The position numbers were made by a program, and so were the translations under genes. DNA of 64,000 bases from Escherichia phage KarlSchell_Bas89. The number at the start of each line of letters is the position of its first letter. The first letter of the stretch is position 1. The DNA lies in sequence record PQ850613.1. The stretch is one strand, 5' to 3'. Under the pieces are notes generated by a model. It was not told the DNA's origin. It did not search any database and worked only from the letters and a program-made list of their open reading frames with translations. Positions 56,915 to 64,000 of this stretch are shown here, in pieces.

Positions 56915-58015
56915 TTACAGCAGTCGTTCTAACTGAATTTCCAAGTGATCTGGAATATACTCAGTGACGTTGTTATCGGAGACGCCAGATTCACGCATCA
57001 TGTTGAGCATGTTACGAATCTGCCCTTCTGTTGCTTCACGAGCTTCGCTGATCTCTGATTCATAGAGGGACATAATCTCGTCATGAACATCTGGAGCGTT
57101 ACCTCGAACATATCCGAGGAAGCCGTAGAAGTCAGACATATCACGAAGAGATACAACTACGGACCCACTATTATCAAGAGTTTGTAAACGAATACGCCCA
57201 ACCTGACGTACAGAACGGTTACGACAGAACAGGATATCACGAGCCAGACGATAACCACTATCAAGATCTTCGTGTCTTGGTGAATAATCCAGAGGTAGGT
57301 GAGGTAGCATAGGTTCAAAACGAACCCTGTTAAGCATCTCAACAAACTCTTCATTGTCAAGCTCTGCATTCTCAACTGCTAATTTCTTGAGAACCAAGAA
57401 GCGATTTACCAGATTTAACAGCTGACCTTTCTTCCACTTAGGCTCTGAGATACGGAACTCAACAGAACCGAACTGAGCCAGAGGAAGTAGATTAAGTGAT
57501 GTATACTTATCCCAACGATCAACAATATGTCGGAAGAAGTTCTCACCTTCGTAGTTAAACGCTTCAGAGGCATTCATTACTTGAGCCTGAACCACTGCAA
57601 ACGCAGGACAGAAATTACTACGGTAACGGTGATAACCAGAGCACTTAAACATCAATGCTTCATAGAAAGTCCACCCAAGGATAACTTTCTTAACGATGTT
57701 GCTATCAGCATCTCGCATATCCATATGAACGTGAGTGGAACAGCGCCAAGTCCCTTCTGCTTCGGACTCCATCACTGCCTCACTCAGATTGTTGATAGCG
57801 TCAAACAGTTCTACACCATTGTAAGGGCGAGAACAGACCATTTCACATCCGTTGCGAAGCGAGCCGTCCTCTGTACATTCCCACATATCTGCTTCGATAT
57901 GATCGTCACCTTCAAGCTCCAGCTCAATACCAATACCACATTGGAATGCGATACTCGGATGTTCTTCACTCAGACGATTACTACGGTATCCAAAAGCTTG
58001 CGCTACAGTTGTCAT
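56915..58015 (-). CDS. carboxylate-amine ligase (glutamine-synthetase fold, GCS2/YbdK-like)
   Basis: N-terminal 'GIGIELELEGDD' resembles the GCS2 'GVELE' motif; 'STHVHMDM'; 366 aa. Confidence 0.5.
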   Translation of the reverse strand: MTTVAQAFGYRSNRLSEEHPSIAFQCGIGIELELEGDDHIEADMWECTEDGSLRNGCEMVCSRPYNGVELFDAINNLSEAVMESEAEGTWRCSTHVHMDMRDADSNIVKKVILGWTFYEALMFKCSGYHRYRSNFCPAFAVVQAQVMNASEAFNYEGENFFRHIVDRWDKYTSLNLLPLAQFGSVEFRISEPKWKKGQLLNLVNRFLVLKKLAVENAELDNEEFVEMLNRVRFEPMLPHLPLDYSPRHEDLDSGYRLARDILFCRNRSVRQVGRIRLQTLDNSGSVVVSLRDMSDFYGFLGYVRGNAPDVHDEIMSLYESEISEAREATEGQIRNMLNMMRESGVSDNNVTEYIPDHLEIQLERLL

Positions 58016-58626
58016 AACGACTCCACTAACTCCACAGTGTATTGGTTAAAATCACTTTCAATATGCTTGAACTTGTCAAGCAGTTGTACGGTCTGACGAC
58101 CACGGCTGTCATATCCAGCCCTAAGAAGCACACGACCAACATGTGCACCTTTATAATAAATAAGACCATCAGAAGGGTTGATGAAGATGAATCGAGTCAA
58201 CAAACCTTCAAAGGATGGATTAAACAGGTTATAAACCATCTCACCGGAGATGTTACGACCCAGAGAAGTTACACCACGGAGTTTGTTACCCATTAGACCC
58301 TTAGCTCGCTGACGAACTGGATTGATATGGGTCCAACTTACCATGTTACGACCGTGTTGAAGATAACCAACATCAGGGGATTCCAGAATCAGGTTAGGGT
58401 TGAACACCCCAATCTGAACTGTTGTACGGTTAAACCCTGAGTCTGTTTTAATCCAACGCTCTGCTTCGAACATCAAAGCCATCTCTGCTTCATGAGAGAA
58501 GTCATCACGAGAGAACTCACCTTGTTGGAATACGTTCATAACAAACAGTGGGATATTTAGGTTCCCACGTCTTTCAGCAATCCATGTCCCACAATAGTAA
58601 TGAGAGAAGTCAGTTACTAAGCTCAC
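58012..58626 (-). CDS. hypothetical protein, translationally coupled within the cluster
   Basis: ATGA overlap with the upstream ligase gene; no recognised motif. Confidence 0.35.
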   Translation of the reverse strand: MSLVTDFSHYYCGTWIAERRGNLNIPLFVMNVFQQGEFSRDDFSHEAEMALMFEAERWIKTDSGFNRTTVQIGVFNPNLILESPDVGYLQHGRNMVSWTHINPVRQRAKGLMGNKLRGVTSLGRNISGEMVYNLFNPSFEGLLTRFIFINPSDGLIYYKGAHVGRVLLRAGYDSRGRQTVQLLDKFKHIESDFNQYTVELVESL

Positions 58627-58635
58627 GATAACCCC

Positions 58636-59445
58636 TTACGCTACCTGTAAACGTTTCAAGAACACACCTGCTTCACGAACATCATTGGTGTTGATGATCT
58701 GGTGCAGCTTTTCAATCGGAAGGCGAGAGTGGAGGCTCATCAAGAACTCCATGTCGCTGTTTTGTACAACCTTGTCAACTTGATCATACACAAATTGACG
58801 ATCTTCTTTCTTGCCAATCCAGAAGTTCGACAGAGATCGATACTCAATACCGTAAGGTTTGTAACGGATTGCGGATGCTTTACCGTACAGCTCTTTACGA
58901 CGAGTATCACCGTCCATCAGAACAGCAGGCAATGACAGGAAGTAATCACACAGAACGCCCAGCATCATCTGAACCTTCTTATTCACATCCAGAGAGCCAG
59001 TGACACCAATGTGCACATGACCACCTGCTGTACGCAAGCCCTTGTTCTCTGAAGTTGGAGAAGCATTCTTTTGACCGGTGAATGCGTTGAAGTCTGGAGT
59101 ACAACCAAACACGAAAGCGGACGGATGGAATGATTCCAATTCTTCTTTAGAGAAGATATGAGAGCTTACACCCAGAGCCGCTTCCATGTCCTGTTTCTTC
59201 AGCACTTCATTGGTAAGATCAATACCGCGCTGAACGTTGTCATTAAACGCTTCAAAACCTTGTTGTGGGTTGATATCAAACTCAGCCAGCACGTTGTCTT
59301 CTTGGAGACGTACATCCTTAGCCAGATCGATTTTATTTTCTTTAGAACAACCCAGCTTGCCAGCAACAGAGGTGATGATGCCAGAAGAAGTACGAACAAA
59401 CATCTCTGGGTCCGTCCCAATTAAAAATACACGTTTAGTAGTCAT
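58636..59445 (-). CDS. possible second amidoligase-like protein
   Basis: 'GGHVHIGV' HxH-type motif and ~270-aa size; weak by-eye resemblance only. Confidence 0.3.
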   Translation of the reverse strand: MTTKRVFLIGTDPEMFVRTSSGIITSVAGKLGCSKENKIDLAKDVRLQEDNVLAEFDINPQQGFEAFNDNVQRGIDLTNEVLKKQDMEAALGVSSHIFSKEELESFHPSAFVFGCTPDFNAFTGQKNASPTSENKGLRTAGGHVHIGVTGSLDVNKKVQMMLGVLCDYFLSLPAVLMDGDTRRKELYGKASAIRYKPYGIEYRSLSNFWIGKKEDRQFVYDQVDKVVQNSDMEFLMSLHSRLPIEKLHQIINTNDVREAGVFLKRLQVA

Positions 59446-59912
59446 GCTTTAGTCCAACCTTTATGAGATAGATAGTTTTTAAACCTGCCACTGTGAACAG
59501 CTCCCATGTGGCCGGGATGTAAGTTGTTATTTCTACAGAAGTCTTTGAGGTTATATATTTTAACAACCCTTCCTTCTGGAGATTTAAACTTCCAAAATCT
59601 AGCATTCCCTTTCACAGCATTATCTTTGCTGGATAGAAGTTGGAAATTGGTGAGACGGTTATTAGTTTTATCACCATCTATGTGGTCAACTGTCATGCCC
59701 TCAGGTATCGGGCCTATAAACAACTCCCACAAGAGCCTGTGTACCAGAAAATTTCTTGTAATCTTTTCCGGAGCTTGAATGGCAACAAACCTTAAATAGC
59801 CATCTTTATCAGGGAATGTTTTCCTACATTTCCCTGTTTTTGCATTAATGATTCTACCGTTTTCAAATACCCGAAAAGTAGAAACACCAACTACTAACTC
59901 TCTGTAGTCCAT
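59442..59912 (-). CDS. HNH homing endonuclease
   Basis: 'HRLLWELFIGPIPEGMTVDHIDGDKTNNRLTNFQLL'. Confidence 0.75.
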   Translation of the reverse strand: MDYRELVVGVSTFRVFENGRIINAKTGKCRKTFPDKDGYLRFVAIQAPEKITRNFLVHRLLWELFIGPIPEGMTVDHIDGDKTNNRLTNFQLLSSKDNAVKGNARFWKFKSPEGRVVKIYNLKDFCRNNNLHPGHMGAVHSGRFKNYLSHKGWTKA

Positions 59913-59939
59913 AAGAAACTGCCAATTAAAAAGATGCGC

Positions 59940-60869
59940 TTAGTCATTATAGTATTCCACCAATTCTTTAAAGAGGGATATGATTGTTTCTTTGTTGCTC
60001 TCCATATTAGAGCCGCAACGACTTTCAATACGTTCTAAGAAACCATTTACATTGATGTTAGAAATCTTTTCATCAAGAGATGAACGTTTCCAACCAGTGC
60101 TCATAGACCAAACTCTCAAAAAGGTACTCATTGAAGAGTACATCTCTGCGTTTTGGTTTCGACGACGAGCAATACGACGAAGGGCTGCACGGTCATGGTT
60201 TCGGATATACCCTGATGTGTTATCACCTTCTCCGACTTTGTTTTGCAACCAAACGTCGGTTGAAAACTCATCTGTATCGCAAATGATCGGAAGAAATGCA
60301 AATGCTGGTAAATCATGCGGTAAATAGATAGATGTTGATTCGTCAGTGGAGTCATTAACTCTGTCAAAGTTAAGCTCCCCAAAGAAATCCTTACTTACCC
60401 CAGCAAGAGCTAGAGCTAATCCAACACGACGACGGAATAGCCATTCTTCTCTATCATCAACTCCCTCTGAAAGAAAATCCATAGATTCGTACTCGCAATC
60501 GAGATAACTACGGAAAGTCATTAGTCCTGTAAAAACTTTATCTGCTGCGTGTTCGCGAAGATCAACCTCTACGCTATTAGCAGAAGTGATCGTGAACATG
60601 TCTTTGTACATAGAACAAGAGTTCAGTACGTCAGCAGTATCCAACAAATGGGACTCAATCTCATCCATGTTGCAGTGGGGCCAGTAGTTAATCTTACCCA
60701 TGTGCGCTGTGAAGTTATCCAAGCTGGTTCGAGTACTTAGGCCGTTAACATCACGAGTGCTGAAGTTGTGCATAGAGTTGTGGATACCAAAACAAACTCG
60801 GCTCGTAAAACTCTGCTCACCCACCATGTCACTAACTTCTACAGGAGCTAATGTTGTGGAAATTGCCAT
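59940..60869 (-). CDS. hypothetical protein (309 aa)
   Basis: ORF with ATG start in operon context; no recognised motif. Confidence 0.4.
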   Translation of the reverse strand: MAISTTLAPVEVSDMVGEQSFTSRVCFGIHNSMHNFSTRDVNGLSTRTSLDNFTAHMGKINYWPHCNMDEIESHLLDTADVLNSCSMYKDMFTITSANSVEVDLREHAADKVFTGLMTFRSYLDCEYESMDFLSEGVDDREEWLFRRRVGLALALAGVSKDFFGELNFDRVNDSTDESTSIYLPHDLPAFAFLPIICDTDEFSTDVWLQNKVGEGDNTSGYIRNHDRAALRRIARRRNQNAEMYSSMSTFLRVWSMSTGWKRSSLDEKISNINVNGFLERIESRCGSNMESNKETIISLFKELVEYYND

Positions 60870-60881
60870 TGTCTTTAACCT

Positions 60882-62075
60882 TTAATTTCCTAAGAAAAGT
60901 TTCGTGAGAATTGAATCCCACTCCGTACTAGGCAGTACATCAAAACTGCTATTATTTGACAGATTCGACTGTTGAAAGTGGCGAATCATTGTGTAAGTAT
61001 TAACACGGTCATTGCCAAATCGAGTATACAACAACTCATTTCGAGTCTTGTCTGATAGGGAAATAGCTTTGGCAAAAGCTACAATCAGCATAGGCTCTTT
61101 GAGGGCACGATCTTGAAGGGCTTCCGGTTGAAGGATAGGTAAGAACATTGAGTTGTTTACATACAGCTCATGCTCTTCGTGTCCGGGAACGTCATACCAA
61201 ACACTCTGGTAGTCTTCATCACGAAAATGCCCTTCACCAGCCATGTATGACGGTTGACGCCACACAGTCTGGCGAGGTTCTGCCATATTAGCTCCGATGC
61301 CCACTGTGTATAGTGTTACAGGGAACAGACAGTTGTCGTATTCATTACCAGTAAAGGCAACTCGTACTTCACCAAACAGGTTCTCTTTTGCGTTAATCAA
61401 TCGAGAATAAGCAAGAGCTTGTAACGGAGACCAGTTATCCATGTAGAGCTTATCAAGGAAAGTCCACACATTTGCTTGTTCGTCTTCTTGATAGAACAGA
61501 CGGTTCACCATAAGATAGAACAGGCAACGATCAGCAGGAACTGGCTCAGACACATCTTCTGTTACCACACCCATAAAACCTTTTTCATGCCAAACAAGAC
61601 ATGAAGGACGATCTTTATCCATGAAAGCTTCAAGCTCTTCCATAACTGACTTGACAGTTACATCAGGTCGTTCACGATATTCAGCCCAAAGCTCAACTGC
61701 GTTCTTAGGCTTTTCATCCCCTACATCAGCGTAATAGAAAGCATATTGGAAGGAGATGATGTTGTTGCTCCCATCCTTTCCACGCATAGGGATATGGGTT
61801 CCAGAGTTCCAGATAATACGAATATCTTCCATTGACATTAAACTGCTTAGGAGTTCATCGCTGCCAGAGCTTTGCATCAAGCTATAGCTGCTATCCCAAA
61901 CATGGACATACTGCGTCCAGCCTTCATTGGCTTCGTAGGTAATGGGGTCGTAATAATCACTATCTTCGTCACAATCATCACCACCGTGGTAGTTGCTGTG
62001 CTGAAGAAAGCCATAGCAAGGAGGCCAGACTGTTACTACATTGTCCTGCTTATCCTGCAATGTTACTGGAAACAT
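60882..62075 (-). CDS. hypothetical protein (397 aa)
   Basis: ORF with ATG start; acidic N-terminal segment; no recognised motif. Confidence 0.4.
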   Translation of the reverse strand: MFPVTLQDKQDNVVTVWPPCYGFLQHSNYHGGDDCDEDSDYYDPITYEANEGWTQYVHVWDSSYSLMQSSGSDELLSSLMSMEDIRIIWNSGTHIPMRGKDGSNNIISFQYAFYYADVGDEKPKNAVELWAEYRERPDVTVKSVMEELEAFMDKDRPSCLVWHEKGFMGVVTEDVSEPVPADRCLFYLMVNRLFYQEDEQANVWTFLDKLYMDNWSPLQALAYSRLINAKENLFGEVRVAFTGNEYDNCLFPVTLYTVGIGANMAEPRQTVWRQPSYMAGEGHFRDEDYQSVWYDVPGHEEHELYVNNSMFLPILQPEALQDRALKEPMLIVAFAKAISLSDKTRNELLYTRFGNDRVNTYTMIRHFQQSNLSNNSSFDVLPSTEWDSILTKLFLGN

Positions 62076-62086
62076 TTTGAAACCTC

Positions 62087-62449
62087 TTATTGTTGTTTGA
62101 TCAACTCAACGGACTTACGGATGTAAAGAATATCACGGAAGTTACGGTAGTTGTTCATGAATTGATGCTTCTGGAACTCCGCTTCAAGCAGAGATTCTTT
62201 GGCACTTTCATAACTCTTACGGGCAAGATACACAACCCGCTCTGGTAATACGTTTGCACGACGGATGATATACTTGTGAGCTTTCATATTGCTCTGCTCA
62301 CGAGATATCTTACTTTTCGCTACCGTAATGCCATTTGCAAGCCAAACAAGCTCTTGCTCAAGCTCTTCGTTGGACATTCCACCGAGGTTTGATGCAACCT
62401 TGTTCAGAGTTTCAATGTTAACGTTGCCCTTGATGGGACGTGTATTCAT
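62087..62449 (-). CDS. hypothetical protein
   Basis: 120-aa ORF with ATG start. Confidence 0.35.
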   Translation of the reverse strand: MNTRPIKGNVNIETLNKVASNLGGMSNEELEQELVWLANGITVAKSKISREQSNMKAHKYIIRRANVLPERVVYLARKSYESAKESLLEAEFQKHQFMNNYRNFRDILYIRKSVELIKQQ

Positions 62450-62623
62450 ACCTACTCCTGTTGTTTACACTCACCAACAACCCACTGATAAGATGTGGAT
62501 TGACCTGAAAAGAAACACTGAATAAATCCAGACGTTCTCTGCGTTACCAGTGCTAGTGCACATATCACTACCGCTGCTGCTAGCAGTTTCATATCTAATT
62601 TAGACATATTTCCTCTCTTTGAA

Positions 62624-62655
62624 TTTAAAAAAGGACTCTCCGAAAAGAGTCAAGC
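62624..62655 (-). terminator. intrinsic terminator on the minus strand
   Basis: Minus-strand gactctt-ttcg-gagagtc followed by cttttttaaa. Confidence 0.5.
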
Positions 62656-62843
62656 TTTAAACCCAAAAAAGATATTACCCAATATCTGTGGATAACCTGC
62701 TCTTAAAATATCTATCCGACGGATGTTCGAGGATTGTTCCTCTCCCTAGCATCGGCCCCATACGGGAAATATATTAAGATTAGGTTAGTTGAGTCAGAAT
62801 AACTCACATAGCCCTCCGAAGAAGGCTATAGGCGTTACTACAA

Positions 62844-63062
62844 CTAAAAATCACCTGATTTTACAAAATCATCACTAAGAATTTCGTCAATCTCTTTGCT
62901 AGTCAAATCTTTCCTGAACCAGCAACAAGGAACATTCACCCATTGACCAGAGTCGTTCTCTACAGAGCATAGATTCCCTGTCTTACTCTTGCATTTATAG
63001 GATTTTCCTTTATCTAGACGGTAGTGTAATCTGTAAACGACAGACACGAGTGTTATCATCAC
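62844..63062 (-). CDS. hypothetical Cys-rich protein
   Basis: 72-aa ORF. Confidence 0.3.
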   Translation of the reverse strand: MMITLVSVVYRLHYRLDKGKSYKCKSKTGNLCSVENDSGQWVNVPCCWFRKDLTSKEIDEILSDDFVKSGDF

Positions 63063-63292
63063 TCACCTTTCTTAGCACGATCTTTGGCAGTTTTACCAGT
63101 GCGGATACGATGGGAAACGTTAACCAGAGTGCCACCATCAACTACGGTAACGCTCTTGTTTTTAGCCAGATCAAACACAGTCTTTTCTGTGCCACCCAAG
63201 CGAATTTGCTTAGGCTCACTGAAGGTTTGGGTTGATTTGGATTGGAACTGGAACGGTTGACGGATTGCATCGATTGCACTTACTTTAGACAT
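63059..63292 (-). CDS. hypothetical protein
   Basis: 77-aa ORF. Confidence 0.3.
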   Translation of the reverse strand: MSKVSAIDAIRQPFQFQSKSTQTFSEPKQIRLGGTEKTVFDLAKNKSVTVVDGGTLVNVSHRIRTGKTAKDRAKKGE

Positions 63293-63523
63293 ATGGGAAA
63301 TTCCTTAAAAAGTTATGGCTGCGTAGAGGGAATTCCCTACGCAAATTGGGCCGCCCACAGAGAGGCGTCATAGTACTAAAAGGAGGAGAGAAGAGGGCTT
63401 ATTTAGTTACCTTTTTCTGTCCGTTTATGAACCAGATAATTGAACCGTCAGGCTGCCGTTGACCGAAGCCTTTCTGGTTAATCATATCGTCATAAGAATA
63501 TGCTTTACGTCTCATTTGTTTTC

Positions 63524-63772
63524 CTACGAAGTTAGGATGATTTCAGCCTTAATATACTTCTCACCAACAACCATATCACCAGACACAGGACGAACCTCTC
63601 CAGTGCCTAGGTTAACAGCTCCAGCAGGTTGACAACCCATGCTCTTAGCTGTCAGCATGTAAATCTTTTGAAGATGGCACTCTTGGAGAGTGAACACATC
63701 TGACATATTTAGATCTTTAACACGGAGGACTGTTTCCTCTTTGCTCTTAACTTTAATATGGATAGTGCTCAT
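63524..63772 (-). CDS. hypothetical protein
   Basis: 82-aa ORF; ATG 63772 preceded by AGGAG. Confidence 0.35.
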   Translation of the reverse strand: MSTIHIKVKSKEETVLRVKDLNMSDVFTLQECHLQKIYMLTAKSMGCQPAGAVNLGTGEVRPVSGDMVVGEKYIKAEIILTS

Positions 63773-63775
63773 GAT

Positions 63776-64000
63776 TACTCCTGAACCACTGACATACGAA
63801 TCACTTCAACTGGGGCATCACTTTTCATAACACCCAGCACACCAGTCAGAAGGTTAACCGTAGTAATCCAACCCTCTTCTACAGAGATCTTGTTGGACAC
63901 GTTATTGACACGCATGTAATACTGAGGTGATGCTGTACCCCGCTGAACTACGAAAGGGTTTCCGGGGATGATTGTATCCAGTGGATACGTGTTATCTTTA
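63776..64000 (-). CDS. hypothetical protein, 5' end outside the window
   Basis: Open minus-strand frame running to the window edge, ending '...MSVVQE' with stop at 63776. Confidence 0.35.

Noticed and set aside
51721-62075. 7-deazaguanine (queuosine/archaeosine-type) DNA modification cluster
   Set aside because: No radical-SAM CxxxCxxC (QueE), no PP-loop SGGxDS (QueC) and no GTP cyclohydrolase signature were seen; the amidotransferase is a stand-alone Ntn type, not fused to QueC.
62690-62770. Possible tRNA gene suggested by a GTTCGAGG T-loop-like string
   Set aside because: No acceptor stem, D-arm or anticodon arm could be folded around it on either strand.
1-64000. Temperate-phage or mobile-element functions (integrase, repressor, transposase)
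   Set aside because: No ORF showed tyrosine or serine recombinase, transposase or CI-like repressor motifs; the content fits a strictly lytic phage, though the window is only part of the genome.

Overview
This window reads as a large piece of a lytic tailed dsDNA phage genome (bacterial RBS usage, no integrase or repressor seen), organised as two convergent arms that meet at a bidirectional terminator near 29.05 kb. The plus-strand arm (1-29031) is the virion module: large terminase, putative portal, acidic scaffold, major capsid protein with a predicted -1 frameshift extension carrying Ig-like repeats, tail fibers (one with a C-terminal S74-type chaperone domain), a GH24 lysozyme, an SLT transglycosylase and a 1473-aa coiled-coil virion protein. 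The minus-strand arm (29100-64000) carries T7-like replication genes (primase-helicase, a separate 3'-5' exonuclease, a polymerase-domain gene interrupted by a group I intron with a homing endonuclease, SSB, 5'-3' exonuclease), nucleotide-metabolism genes (dCTP deaminase, ThyX-like, P-loop kinase, thioredoxin, PhoH), a phage sigma-factor-like protein, a Dps-like protein, a candidate overlapped spanin pair and at least nine HNH homing endonucleases. The most unusual region is 51.7-62.1 kb: an operon-like cluster of amide-bond enzymes (AIG2/GGCT-like, ATP-grasp, class-II glutamine amidotransferase with an apparent AUU start, GCS2-like carboxylate-amine ligase) with several large unknown proteins, which I interpret as a candidate uncharacterised peptide or base-hypermodification system. 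All calls rest on reading the ORF translations and sequence by eye; no database search or structure prediction was run. ORF-track starts include GTG/TTG and several were trimmed to the nearest RBS-supported ATG.
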